A stretch of 64,000 bases of DNA from Phoronis australis (Eukaryota > Animalia > Phoronida): assembly GCA_002633005.1 (NCBI GenBank), contig NMRA01000414.1:1-64000 (forward strand). The letters are read 5' to 3'. The notes under the pieces were generated by a model. It was not told the origin of the DNA. It was given only the letters and a program-made list of their open reading frames with translations, and did no database searches. This document shows positions 12,842 to 26,783 of the stretch, in pieces (the first letter of the stretch is position 1; every line of letters starts with the position of its first letter). The translations under genes and the position numbers were made by a program.

Positions 12842-15235
12842 CTGTGTAGGACACATTTGAAAGATCAACTTCATCAGTGTTCCATTCGTGTCTGGACATA
12901 ATCACACACACAGGTGTCATTTCATTACACATTTTGTGTTAAATATCAGACGGTAAAGTCCGTGATCTAATTCATTTGAAAGCAATTTACAGTACTATGG
13001 TATTTCATGTAGACACTAGTTAGTGCCAGTAAGACTTAACTAACTGGAAGCTAGGAGAACGCCTCCAAGCATGTATTTTACATGGGTATCTTATAAGAGA
13101 AATAAGGACTGCAGCATTGACTGTGACACTTACAGGAACCTGGCAGTCCCATCTTCTATAGTCTATTACATTACAAAGGCTGGTTAGGCCTAATTTTTGA
13201 AAATAAAACACAACTCTTACATACTTAATATGTTATAAGTAATTTCAAATATTTTGAATACTACTAGATATCCATTGAATACGAGGCATCCAACTGATTA
13301 AGGCAGACAGAAATATGATTTGTTGTTTTCTAAAGAAGAAACAGTAGCTGAAACAACACCAAAAGGAGGATGTCCTGATTTTGATACATTGTTGTGTAAT
13401 GATTTCAAATAAAATGACTCAAGTACACAAAACAAAGTATAATTGAACTAAAAATTACATTTTGATCAACTTTTTAAAACGTTTTTGCATTGCTAAAAAG
13501 GATACCTACCCACTGATATCACATGGAGAAAAAAGCTCATCACCCTAAAATATGATTAACATTATCCCCTAGCTTACATATCAGTTGTAACATGATTGAC
13601 TACATTTTAAATAAGGTGACTTCGGAGCGAGGGGCACACACAAAAAGGTATTTTATTGTAATGTTTTTTATCAGCATACCCTCTTGCTGCACAATATGTG
13701 TTTGCACATAACTAAGAGCTTATATGCGTCTGTATGCAAACGACTGGGATTCAGTAACATAATCTTGAAAAACTGAAAACATTTGTAAAATTCAATTCGC
13801 GCACCACAAGAAGTCTAATGAAAATGTTCCCGAGTTGTATTTTTTCAAAAACCATTGTGTTCATGAAAAGAGATTCGTATAAAAAGTTAAACAGGTGTGC
13901 CTTTATGCGAAGAATATTATGGGCCTGTGCAGGGGACAACACCTCGGGGCTTATAAAAAAGGCCACAAAAGGCGCTATTCTGAGTACAGGCCCATAAGCC
14001 TAATGGCACACCAATACAATAACATTTTTGGACAAGCAAAGGAAACATCTGAGGACCTGATTAAGAAAGAAGAAATTTTTAAGGTTTTGACCATTTCTAG
14101 AGCTTAATTGTCTCCACTTACAGGAATTAGGAGAATATGGTATTTTTTTCTAAGCAGAGTGCATGACAATCTGATACAGATACGTCTTCTTTGGAGTAAT
14201 AAGATAAGTTGTCTCAAGAATGGGCGTTCTCTGGAAACGAAACCAGAGTTGAAACAGTTCAGAGATATTGCCCGTCAGTGCTTAGTATGCAGCACTTTAT
14301 CAAAACACAACAAGTGATAGGGAATAGTTTAATGTGTCAACAGTGGCACACTTTCACGACAACACCTACAATAGAGGAGAACTCAATAGTGGACTCCCAC
14401 AATAGGGGGTTGTTAGCAGTATTGTACTTATGGACTGAAACTGGGTGCATGAGTGCAAGATGCCAAATTCTTAACCACTAGAATATGTGTTCAAATACCT
14501 GGCCACAGAAACAGACAGCTGAGCATATGCTGATAAGCAAGTTTTAGTGTAAGCAATGAAGAACGAATAGAAGCATAATGTTTTCAGTCAAAACGAAGTT
14601 TGGTGAAGTTCTAACTCAGTTTTGTCATAGGACATTTTTGGACTAGTGGAATGGACAAGCATAAAATGCTAATTTTTACAAAAAACTTAAACTAATGGTA
14701 CAGTGTTTACAAGCTGTGAACTGTAATGAGCCAAATCTACACAGTCAGAGCTGGGTATAGCAGGAGAGTTGAAAAAGGTGACCCCTCAACTCAGTGTCTA
14801 ACATTCATGGCAATGGGTTTTGGATTTATGCTGTCGGTGACTGCAAATGGTGCAAAGATTGGTGAAACAGCTTCTTCAATGTCCGGCTTGAGATTGGTGC
14901 TAGTTGTGACCTGCTGCAAACTACAACCCAATAATGACAACCGTCATCTGAAAAGAACGAACAAATTATCCAAGACCAAGTACTCAACTTTTATTTTTAA
15001 GTGACTGCCAATTAGACTCAACAAATACTCAAACCAATTTCGTAACTCCATAAATAACTTACCTCACTGGGCCTCAAAACCCATCGATGCTATTAGCCAT
15101 AGGCTTTCGTGTGTTTTTTTTACCAGTTCCAAGCCAACTGTAGTGAAATCTAGAAATGAGATTTACGAGATTCAACGAGATTTTTGGCTCGAACCGGAAA
15201 GGATCCGAGACATGTTTGTTGTGGCGGAATAGCTG

Positions 15236-15910
15236 TATGGTCACTCAGTGAGAACGTTTCTTAGAAAAACAAATCGTAGACTAAGTCTGCTTTTTGTTTT
15301 AAGAAGTAAGTTCAGACTCATATTTGTACAGATGTAGCGTTGTGCTGAAGTATTTTAATTTAGCANCTCCTTTCCCACTATTCGGTGCTACAGTTTTCCT
15401 AAAATGACTGTTGTTGTGGGTGGCCTACCTAGGCTAATGCCATGGTAATGGCTATTAGCCTATTTCTTCCACAAAATATTTCGTAAAAAATCTTCAGAAT
15501 CCAGCACAGTATACAAGATAATTATCACAACATGTTTCGTATACATTACTGGTGATGTTTTCTTTGACTCGTTAGCTTTGAAATGCGGGAGTGTGATGAA
15601 AACAGAGAGATTTAAACAGCTGTAAATCCATCGACATTCTTTTACTGGAAGTCGCCATGTTGGTGAACTAGTTTGACCTATTATACAACTGACCAATAGA
15701 ATGCCTTGTTTCTTGAAATCGGAACAGCCAATGATATTGCAAGAATGCGGATGGAAAAGTGTCCTGTCAGACTAAGGGACTATGGTCACTCAGTGAGAAC
15801 GTTTCTTAGAAAAACAAATCGTAGACTAAGTCTGCTTTTTGTTTTAAGAAGTAAGTTCAGACTCCTATTTGTACAGATGTAGCGTTGTGCTGAAGTATTT
15901 TAATTTAGCA
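15236..15910. repeat. ~130-bp near-identical direct repeat (15236-15365 and 15781-15910)
   Basis: tatggtcactcagtgagaacg...ttttaatttagca occurs twice. The first copy ends at a single N, so a contig-join artefact is possible. Confidence 0.8.
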
Positions 15911-16289
15911 ATATACGTGATTGGTGGTCTAAACTAAAGTTTACTGGACCCCGTGACACTGAATTTCATGCATGGTTCAGGAAGTCATTGATTGAACCTT
16001 AAAGTGGACTGGGACATCATCTTCTATTAATTTGTGAGATTTAAGTCTTGACTGAGATGGAAAGGGCAGAGCAACTCATCGGACAGTACATTAGACTTGT
16101 AATGACAACCTGTGGTGGGCCAGTTGTCTATTGTTATACTCCTCAGTGTAGAACTGACTGTGTCTGTGTATCCGATACGGTAACTTGTCACTTTGTTGAG
16201 GCCTAGCAAAGTGGCCACTGTTTTTGCGTCTGAGGATTGTGTTTTTTAAAACACTGTAAAATAAACGTCGAAACTTGTCAAGCCGATTT

Positions 16290-16461
16290 AAATCCATCGT
16301 TTTTTACGTAAATCACAGCTTACTGAAAAGCATTGTGGGTCTTGTGACTTTTATGTCAGACGTAGTGTCTGCCCTCTCTCTAAGGGCCTAATTGCCGAAG
16401 TTGTTAGAAAGGGCGGACACGTCTGACTCACCAGACTCACAATGCTTTTCAATAAGTGATT
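16290..16461. mobile_element. Small hairpin/MITE-like inverted repeat
   Basis: aaatcacagcttactgaaaagcattgtgggtc... pairs with ...gactcacaatgcttttcaataagtgattt over about 70 bp. Confidence 0.6.
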
Positions 16462-17969
16462 TCCCCACTGAACATCACCATTGATATTGGAATTAAGCAA
16501 TGAAAAACCTATTCCATCACGGCTGTGGTAATCGACATCGGTAGGCCGCTGACCATCGGAAGCCGAGTCCTAGCTGAGTCGGTAATGACGGACACGATAC
16601 ATCGCTGGTCAAAACGCTGGCTTCCTGAGTATCAAGGGTTCCGCCCTCTCCGGGTTCCTCATCTTGTTACATGCGTTCGGTTACCTACCTTGTAATTTGC
16701 CCCTCGTAAGCTGCAGTCACCAATCTTTGTTCGTCATTTTTGCGGATGTGATTCCAGTTTCAAAAAGCTTTGGTTTTGTAATTTTTGGCTTCAGAGTTTG
16801 GCCCCACGTTCAATAAAAACTTTTGGATCTTACAAATCAACTCCTTGGTGTGTACTAATACTGTAAGCGCTGAAGGGAGTGGGAAGAGAGGCTCATTTTC
16901 AGCACACTGCTCCCGATAAGAAATTAATGGTCACCCCATTATCTTTAACGGTATCTCGGCTATTTTCGATGACCTGATGCGTTACAGGCTGTGTATGTCA
17001 TGATTTTTACCACTACTGGTACAAGCTTTCACTTGTGAAGATACTGATCTGACATACATTCAGCACAACGCTACGATGCTACTGAAAATTGGCTGTGAGT
17101 TGGGTTTGAGAAGCGTTTTTTTCCTACCATTAACGGGCAAGATATCGATTTTAAAGTTATTTGATGACAAAAAATATCATCACGCAGGTATTCAATATTA
17201 CAAAAAACTTAGAAGTAAGGACCTACATATCATCAAGCGTGTTTCATTGGGAAAGGCACGGGTCGTGATTTCAGTTAATGTCTGGCAGACAACGGCTAGA
17301 ATTGGCGATTTTTTAAATCATAAAAACCCAAAAATTTTGTTGTTTCACAGCTCTGGTCTAAGCTAATAAGATGTGTTATTGCATCCCAACCAACAATAAT
17401 ACCCACATGCATTTTTCGACCGTAAAACTGATTATGTCATGTACGTCATTTGGTATTATCAGGAAAGCATTACCTGGTAACCCCTTCCTGTTGAGTGTGT
17501 TCCCGGGTATGATTTTGCAAGGTCACTTCCGTGCAAAAGCGTTGTTCTTTTGTTGTTTTTAACTTTTGCTAGCGCTTTGAGCAATTTTTTTGTAAAATAT
17601 TGTGTGAGTGAAACTTGAATTATGGATAACACAGTGATAGACGCTGACATGTATTCAATTTAACACTAACTATGAAATGAAAAACTTAAATAGAAAAGAA
17701 CACGAAAACGATCCATTCATATATGCTTAGGCGCATGCGCCCATATCCAATGCACTTGGGCCTATTGACCTGCGCAAAAAGTGAGTGATTTCTAATTTTA
17801 AAACAACCTGGCATTATGTGGCACGCGTAAATTCATATCGTGTGCTATTCTTTGCACTTCAGTTGCTCGTTTAAGAAAAGTCTGCATTTTAATACTGAGT
17901 CCCCCCATAGAGGGCAATACAAAAATCGGTTTGTTTACCCTTTGTGGTTCTCTTAAACAGAAATCACAG

Positions 17970-18063
17970 ATGGAAGATGAATTGATGTCATGCCGATTAA
18001 TCGTTCACGATTTTGAAGTATTAGCCCAGTCGATTTCCCCAGACATCGATGGGGTTTTACAAA
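17970..18063 (+). CDS. Probable first coding exon of the PHYHIP-domain gene
   Basis: Encodes MEDELMSCRLIVHDFEVLAQSISPDIDGVLQ plus 1 nt, then GT (gtatag, a weak donor). Phase 1 matches the acceptor ttttattttcag at 18273. Confidence 0.5.
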
Positions 18064-18273
18064 GTATAGGCCTACTAACCTTCCTATTTTGGAACTTTGG
18101 TGAAGACCCGATTCGAAGACGTATCCTTTAATTGGAAACCAGCTGATAAAAATCCGTCAATGGGAAACGTGAAAATACTATAGTATCGAAAAGTGGTGTC
18201 AAACATTCGTTTCTCGTTCTTTTTAATGTATAATTTTTGTGATCACGTTTTCACATGACATTTTTATTTTCAG

Positions 18274-19916
18274 TGTCACGTGAAAGGCAAGATAGAGATA
18301 AAACAGAGAAGTTATTTTACAAAGCGAACAATGAACTTGGAGTACCTTCATGGCAAAAAGTTAAATATTTCTATCGCAATCAACCGAAAGAAAGATTTGA
18401 CAAAATTCTATCATCGACCGGTATACTTAAAACAAGGAAAAAGGACAACAACGGTGGTTCCCCAATTAATGGTAAAATAAAGGGAATTTTTTTCTCTGTC
18501 AACTACCCGTTTGCAAGACATGATGGGGATCTACCAGAAAAGTCGCCGTTTGGTGGCTGTCGGTTACTTTTACCTGCTCAGTTGTTTATGGGGGATTACA
18601 ATTTATACTTTGCGGACTTTTACTGTTTGAAGCCAGATGGCCTACACTACATCACTGTCGTGATGACGAAGCCGTCTTCTGAGAGCGACCGCTTTTGCGA
18701 GTCGCACCTACTGCGGCTGGACGATAGCGATAATCCGTTACTCACAAGCTCGTCAAGCAGCGAGTGGTGGGCTACCAAGAAATGTTGGGTGGAGCTTTAC
18801 TACACTGAGGATTTTGATCTTAGAAAGGCCTTGAATTCGGGTGCAGAATTCAAGACTGTTCAGTCCACAGGTGTCGCAACTCGCTCTGGTATCCCGAAGA
18901 ATTTGGCTTGTCCGAGGTGTAACATTACGGCTGACGATGAATGTCGCGGAAACGCCAGAGAAACAGAACTTTCTGGTATCATGACGAACTTGTCAACTCC
19001 AAAGAGTCATGGCGACAGCAGTATACCAGAAGCTGTCAGCTGTGATAAACATGGCTCGGAGGACAAGCTAGTAGATCATTCTGGACCACCGCTGAAGCCG
19101 TTCTCTCCGTGTTATGGCAACAAGCCTGTGACGACTGATCATTGTAACAAAAATCGTGACTCTAAGGGTAATCGCTATGACAAAACCAAGGCCTTGAGTG
19201 GTGCAAAATTCAAAACTGTTCAGTCCACAGGTATCGCAACTCGCTCTGGTGTCCCGAAGAATTTGGCTTGTCTGAAGTCTAACATTATGAACGACGGGCG
19301 AGTATTGACTGCCGATGAATGTCGCGGAAACGACAGAGAAAGAGAAGTTTCTGGTATCGTGAAGAACTTGTCAACTCCCAAGAGTAAGGGCGACAGCATT
19401 ATACCAGAAGTTGTTTGCGGTGATAAACATCGCTCGGAAGACAAGCTCGTAGATCATTCTGGACCACAACTGAAGCCGTTCTCTCCGTGTTATGGCAACA
19501 AGCCAGTGACGACTGATCATTGTAACAAAAATCGTGACTCTGAGGGTAATCGCTATGACAAAACCAAGGGCTTGAGGGGTGCAAAAGTCAAGACTGTTCC
19601 GGCTACTGGTGTCGAAACACGTTCTCATACCCTAAAGAACTTGATTTATCCGAAGTGTAACATAAATTCTCCAGAATGTTATGGCAACAAGCCAGTGACG
19701 CCTGATTATTGCAGCGAAGATCGTGACCCTAAGGACAGCAGTCATAATACAATCAAACTTGTTGTCATTGGATTCGTTGTCGTAGCTTTTATAGTGTTTA
19801 TGTTTAGAGACCGGAACAGTGATCATGTGAAACTCAATAATAACACGGTTACGGTGATTCCACAATGTGTTGCAGGAACAGCAGTGATGGATGAAACATT
19901 TTTAATTTTCAGTTAA
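18274..19916 (+). CDS. PHYHIP/PHYHIPL C-terminal-domain protein with repeated tail and C-terminal TM helix
   Basis: Contains the motifs YFYRNQ, KDNNG-GSPING..GIFFS, LP..SPFG..R, NLYFADFYC, HYITVV.TKP.SESD.FC, LD...NP.L, WVELYYTE and K..ACPRCN, which are typical of PHYHIP-like proteins. These are followed by ~120-aa repeats and LVVIGFVVVAFIVFMF (19758-19805). The ORF-track ATG at 18255 lies in the polypyrimidine tract, so the exon probably starts at 18274. The last codons may be intronic. Confidence 0.88.
18828..19750 (+). repeat. Coding tandem repeat: two ~365-380-bp units plus one internally deleted unit
   Basis: Units start at about 18828 (ALNSGAEFKTVQSTG), 19191 (ALSGAKFKTVQSTG) and 19569 (GLRGAKVKTVPATG). 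CYGNKPVT occurs three times. Confidence 0.92.
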
Positions 19917-22900
19917 AGAAGCTCATCAGGTTGGAACTCTGAGCGGGACATTCTTCATTAAATATCTTTCATTGACAAAATTCTCAGCGGGTTTTTTAAA
20001 ATATATAGACTAATGCTGTTTTCAAACAATAAAAAATAACGTGGAATAATTCTCTTTAGGTTAGTCATGGCAAACCAAAAATCAAACGCATTCGGCAAGC
20101 AATGAAATTACACAGTCGTATGACAATAACAGCCAAAATTTTACATTTTAGTCCAAATCTGGGAAATACATATTTCGAAGGATGATGTAGTCCTCTGGCC
20201 CATATCAGAATACTAATAGAACTAAAATTTGAACCTACGTTTTGTTTAAGCAAGATTATTCTATTGAAAATTATGTTTCTTTTAACTTGTCTCACTCTGA
20301 AAGGTCATTACTAGCACAGCTTTGTGCAGGGATGCTACCGTTGCACCTGGAAACGAGACGGTGTGTTAACACTACACACCACTTGACGAAAGAAATTCGA
20401 ATATGTAAGTGCTGAAATTTAGATTCTGATTGAGATGATGTTTAACAGTTTAAATATAAAATTCTCCGGAATCCATGCTCAATGCAAGGGCTATTTATTG
20501 AAATTATGTCCGAGATTATTTTCAAAATATGTTAATTAGCTTATAAATGTAATTAGTTTATAAATGTAGAACTCGGCCTCTGTAAGAGATTAGGTTTAAC
20601 ACACACATATTACTTAATTATAGGGCAATTTATTGACATTATGTTCGAGATTATTAGCAAAATATGTTAATTATGAATGTAGAACTCGGCTTCTTTGTAG
20701 CCTTCTTGTGCATCTTAATTGCTAAGCACTATCTACCAAAGTAACTAATAAGCCAAGTTGGGTTGGTGTCTTATAATATTCTGTATCTTTTTGTAAAATC
20801 GGTACTTTCGCTGTAATAAATGAATACCATATACCATAACGCTGTCATATAGCTTTGCTCCTCGTGCGAAACTCCAGTGCAGTAAGCTGAATGGCATGAT
20901 AGCATTGGTGAAGTTTTGCTCACAAGGTTTGGAGTAAAAATGCTGTTTTATATGTTTTCTCCTGACAGTGTACAATGCACAAATAAATATTGTGGTATCT
21001 ATCAAGCTTTCGACTTGTCTAAATTAAAACTATGTTTACATAAACACACCTTCCTGGGGATATCAACATGTCTACCTAGTTCGATCTTAGCACAGTAACA
21101 CCGGCGAACATCCGCGAGCAAGGACAGACCGGAGATTTTTGTACTTGACACATTGCAACCAGCGTTTAAATTATAAATCGAAATGAAGTTTCTTAAACCA
21201 CTAACATGGTTTCAAACCAGCCCTGCCTAGCACAGTCATTTATTCTCTGCAAGAACAGAAAACGATTTGGCCTCATGTCCGACATCATGAACATGGCTTG
21301 GTATATTGTTCGTATTTCAGACACTCCTTCCTAGGTAACGTCCTACAACACATCACTGCCTTCTAGCGGATATATTCAAAGAATACTAAACCCGGTTTTG
21401 GCCTATTCGGGCAAATATGTGCAATGGTCCGACATAACGTCTCCATATTTTGAGAAGAACCAGTTTGATACCCGTTATTCAGTAGAGAACACTGGTTCGC
21501 AAAATGCGAACATGTTATATACTACCACTACCGCAAATATTACCAATGACTGTCCCATCTAGCTTTCTAAAACAAAGTAAGAATGCTTAGTAACGCTCGC
21601 TAAACAAACCAAATTTTGAAAATACTTTACAAAGTATGCGGTAAAATGTGTTTGCTAGACATTTAGGCGAATTACACAACTGTACGAAAAGACCGCACAC
21701 CCCCACTGCAACATGTTCATTTTGTGACAGAGAGCACGTGCTTTTAGATGAACCCTGCTCGTGTCTCTCAAGTGGGACACCAATGGTGCAGTATCAAGGG
21801 ACAGAACGGGCATTGGTTGAAATCAACAAAACAGGCTAATGTTCAGTATCCTTTCAACTTTTCCTATCTCATTGCCCAATCACTCCGTCCCTACCTGGGA
21901 CCACACTTGATCCTCTTTTTACTCCTATTAGGTCTAGGTTTATGTTGTTCACATCTTTATTGTTTCTGTCCCATATCTTGCGTATGATTGGTTCATTGCT
22001 TCATCCAGTTAGTTATGATGATTTTTCTTGAACTTTCCAACAGCTATCGAAATAATTGTTGTTCAGAGTTGCCAGAGAAAATCGCAATACACAATTTTAC
22101 TGCACATGTGATATTTTAATGGAATCGACCGCGGGTCTTCCCCCCCCCCCCCCANTCGTCGTCGGATACGTTTTTAGTGAGTTGAACGTGTTAACAAATA
22201 ACGTATCAACTAGCCCCTAACATTAAAATTTGAGTCCTCAAAACATGACCGCCGCAAAAAAAATTCTGTACCAAATTCATCAAGTAAATGTGAATATTTC
22301 TTACCTGCACTGATTTCTTTATAATCCACTGGCGCAGGCTAACAATTTCCCGATTACATTAAATTAGTGGCAGTGCTGTTCAATAGTTCAGAATCCTTCA
22401 TTTCACATGTAATCCAGCTTGAGGTTTGATCCCAGATACGTGTTTTGACGAAGTACTCCTTGCTGGAGACGGTAGCTCCGTCGATTCGCGCTGACTCTAC
22501 CTATATGTTTACTCGCTACCGTTGTCGTGCTTGCGATCTTGAAGCGTAATGTAAAAGTCACCGGTTTGTCTACGCAATAATGCGACGTCATTGATTGTGA
22601 TAATTCAATTAAAATATTACCCTTTGCAAAAGCCTGGCAAATACCTATGCACATATGGGATCGACCTGAAACAAAGTATCAGTGTACGTTGTGGCGTCAA
22701 ATACGAATTCCTTAAACTGAAAAATGTCGCGTGTAACAATTCCTCAAACTATTTTTCAAACATTTTCTAGACATTCTGTCTTCAGTCAACTTCTGTCTCA
22801 TTTTCCTACGAGCCGGGAATGGAATGGCCTTTATTTCCAACAAAAAAGTTCGCTCCTTTGACGAAACGAGGGTATACAATTGCAGCTTCCAAAGATTGTT

Positions 22901-23897
22901 TAAAAAAACAATATTCAAATATTTATAAAACTATCGCATTATTTATGTGCTTAATTCGATTGGCGCTTGAAATAATTTCGAACCTGTTGCACTTGGTCTT
23001 CGGTTGGCCAAGTGAGAGTACCTTAGAGTTTTGGTTTAGCTTCAAAGTACCTGCTAATTGGCTGTCACAAAAAAGGCTTGCCTGAACGTTGCGTTTTAAT
23101 GAGATATTTGCTGTTATAATTTCAACTCATAAAAGTTGATTGTCAGCGTTAAACCTTATCATCTAGGTTTATTGTTCAGTAATCTTTTGTGGCGCATGGC
23201 CGCCGCAAGGCCTTATCTTGAAGTCAGACTTTCTGCATAATGAAGTTATGAAATTATAACAGTTACCATCCTATCTTTTAAAGCAAGTGAAAAAAATCTG
23301 TTCACGAGTCTGCTTGGACCCAAATTGTAACTGAAAATATTTCTAACCCGGACTGTTGACTTTCTGCATACACACTGGAGGCGGCCAGTGACAGCCCCGA
23401 TTAATACTTGAGGGGTTTTCCGTAGATAGGCCCATGGGCGTGTATTCGAAAATGACAATTTGCAATCGTTTTGGTAACACCAAATAAACCCCCGGGCGTT
23501 TATTCGGAAAAGGGGACGTGAAAACGGAAAGTCGTAGGTTTGGCTACGCAAATGCCAACATGAAGCTCGATATACATTTTTGTATGTGAGACAGTAGTTC
23601 TCAGGTTTCGCCAACACTTAGTTCGTTTTTATAAATGATTAAATGCTTCACAAAATTGAATCTGTGACTAAAAGTTGACACTGAGTGAGCTTTTAAGAGC
23701 AAATTTTCCGAATAAACGCCCCACTATCTGGGACACTTGACACCAGCCAGCAGTTGTAACAACAAATAAGTATAACTTTCTGACGCTCACGGGCGAAACA
23801 CTGGTGGGCTTATCTACGAAAAATCCTGGCAGTGTCACACGATAAATACGACTTTTTGACGATGAATGCTCAAACTCCAGTAACAACATCATCTCGC

Positions 23898-24364
23898 GTT
23901 GGTTCTACCTGCATGTATACACGCTGTCGTTGTTTCTACCTGTGTGTATACTCGCTGTCGTTGGTTCTACATGTGTGTATACTCGCTGTCGTTGGTTCTA
24001 CATGTGTGTATACTCGCTGTCGTTAATGGTTCTACCTATGTGTATACTCGCTGTCGTTTGTTCTGCCTGTGTGTATACTCGCTGTTGTTGGTTCTACCTA
24101 TGTGTATACTCGCTGTCGTTGTTTCTACATGTGTTTATACTCACTGTCGTTGTTTCTACCTGTGTGTATACTCGCTGTCGTTGGTTCTACCTATGTGTAT
24201 ACTCGCTGTCGTTTGTTCTACCTGTGTGTATACTCGCTGTTGTTGATTCTACATGTGTGTATACTCGCTGTCGTTGTTTCTACATGTGTGTATACTCGCT
24301 GTGGTTGGTTCTACCTATGTGTATACTCGCTGTCGTTTGTTCTACCTGTGTGTATACTCGCTGT
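23898..24364. repeat. 31-bp minisatellite (runs into a gap)
   Basis: Unit gttggttctacctgtgtgtatactcgctgtc, about 15 visible copies. Confidence 0.95.
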
Positions 24365-25402
24365 NNNNNNNNNNNNNNNNNNNNNNNNNNNNNNNNNNNN
24401 NNNNNNNNNNNNNNNNNNNNNNNNNNNNNNNNNNNNNNNNNNNNNNNNNNNNNNNNNNNNNNNNNNNNNNNNNNNNNNNNNNNNNNNNNNNNNNNNNNNN
24501 NNNNNNNNNNNNNNNNNNNNNNNNNNNNNNNNNNNNNNNNNNNNNNNNNNNNNNNNNNNNNNNNNNNNNNNNNNNNNNNNNNNNNNNNNNNNNNNNNNNN
24601 NNNNNNNNNNNNNNNNNNNNNNNNNNNNNNNNNNNNNNNNNNNNNNNNNNNNNNNNNNNNNNNNNNNNNNNNNNNNNNNNNNNNNNNNNNNNNNNNNNNN
24701 NNNNNNNNNNNNNNNNNNNNNNNNNNNNNNNNNNNNNNNNNNNNNNNNNNNNNNNNNNNNNNNNNNNNNNNNNNNNNNNNNNNNNNNNNNNNNNNNNNNN
24801 NNNNNNNNNNNNNNNNNNNNNNNNNNCCCCCCCCCCCCCCCCCAGATCGTAGTCGTCTTCGTCGTCGGATACGTTTTTAGTGAGTTGAACGTGTTAACAA
24901 ATAACTCATCAACTAGCCCCTAACATTGAAATTTGAGTCCTCAAAACATGACCGCCGCAAAAAAATTTCTGTACCAAACTCATCAAGTAAATGTGAATAT
25001 TTCTTACCTGCACTGATTTCTATATAATCCACTGGCACAGGCTAACAATTTCCCGATTACATTAAATTAGTGGCAGTGCTGTTCAATAGTTCAGAATCCT
25101 TCATTTCACATGTAATCCAGCTTGAGGTTTGATCCCAGATAAGGCGTGTTTTGACGAAGTACTCCTTGCTGGAGACGGTAGCTCCGTCGATTCGCGCTGA
25201 CTCTACCTATATGTTTACTCGCTACCGTTGTCGTGCTTGCGATCTTGAAGCGTAATGTAAAAGTCACCGGTTTGTCTACGTAATAATGCGACGTCATTGA
25301 TTGTGATAATTCAATTAAAATGTTACCCTTTGCAAAAGCCTGGCAAATCCCTATGCACATATGGGATCGGCCTGAAACAAAGTATCATTGTACGTTGTGG
25401 CC

Positions 25403-25573
25403 ACCATGTCACACTGCTAAATCCTTGAGCCAGGTTTCTAGCTCCTCAGCTCGGTTTTAACCACATATTAATAAAGCATAAAAATATTTCCAGGTGATCA
25501 GTGCAATGGGCCCACATGCGAGGCCTGCGCACGTCTGGTACAACGTGTATCAGACCGCCTGCAATATATATAT
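25403..25573 (+). mobile_element. 5'-truncated SINE copy present only in duplicate copy 2
   Basis: Flanked by ttgtggcc at 25395-25402 and 25574-25581, and ends in (ta)n. The body matches the reverse complement of the SINE body at about 48965-49093. Confidence 0.75.
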
Positions 25574-26783
25574 TTGTGGCCTCAAATACGAATTCCTTAA
25601 ACTGAAAACTGTCGCGTGTAACAATTCCTCAAACTATTTTTCAAACATTTTCTAGACATTCTGTCTTCAGTCAACTTCTGTCTCTTTTTCCTACGAGCCG
25701 GGAATGGAATGGCCTTTATTTCCAACAAAAAAGTTCGCTCCTTTGACGAAACGGGGGTATACAATTGTAGCTTCCAAAGATTGTTTAAAAAAACAGTATT
25801 CAAATATTTATAAAACTATCGCATTATTTATGTGCTTAATTCGATTGGCGCTTGAAATAATTTCGAACCTGTTGCACTTGGTCTTCGGTTGGCCAAGTGA
25901 GAGTACCTTAGAGTTTTGGTTTAGCTTCAAAGTACCTGCTAATTGGCTGTCACAAAAAAGGCTTGCCTGAACGTTGCGTTTTAATGAGATATTTGCTGTT
26001 ATAATTTCAACTCATAAAAGTTGAATGTCAGCATTAAACCTTATCATCTAGGTTTATTGTTCAGTAATCTTTTGTGGCGCATGGCCGCCGCAAGACCTTG
26101 TCTTGAAGTCAGACTTTCTGCATAATGAAGTTATAAAATTATAACAGTTACCATCCTATCTTTTAAAGCAAGTGAAAAAAATCTGTTCACGTGCCTGCTT
26201 GGACCCAAATTGTAACTGAAAATATTTCTAACCCGGACTGTTGACTTTCTGCATATACACTGGAGGCGGCCAGTGACAGCACCGATTAATACTTAAGGGA
26301 TTTTCCGTAGATAGGCCCATGGGCGTGTATTCGAAAATGACAATTTGCAATCGTTTTGGTAACACCAAATAAACCCCCGGGCGTTTATTCGGAAAAGGGG
26401 ACGTGAAAACGGAAAGTCGTAGCTTTGGCTACGCAAATGCCAACATGAAGCTCGATGTACATTTTTGTATGTGAGACAGTAGTTCTCAGGTTTCGCCAAC
26501 ACTTAGTTCGTTTTTATAAATGATTAAATGCTTCACAAAACTGAATCTGTGACTAAAAGTTGACACTGAGTGAGCTTTTAAGAGCAAATTTTCCGAATAA
26601 ACGCCCCACTATCTGGGACACTTGACACCAGCCAGCAGTTGTAACAACAAATAAGTATAACTTTCTGACGCTCACGGGCGAAACATCGGGTGGGCTTGTC
26701 TACGAAAAATCCGGGCAGTGTCACACGATAAATACGACTTTTTGACGATGAATGCTCAAACTCCAGTAACAACATCATCTCGC

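Noticed and set aside
21240-21840. Coding-like fragment on the - strand (WFFSKYGDVMSDHCTYLPE*)
   Set aside because: Faintly resembles DNA-transposon proteins but is too short and interrupted to support a call.
23898-24364. 31-bp repeats as a possible CRISPR array
   Set aside because: The units are head-to-tail with no unique spacers, there are no cas genes, and the context is eukaryotic.
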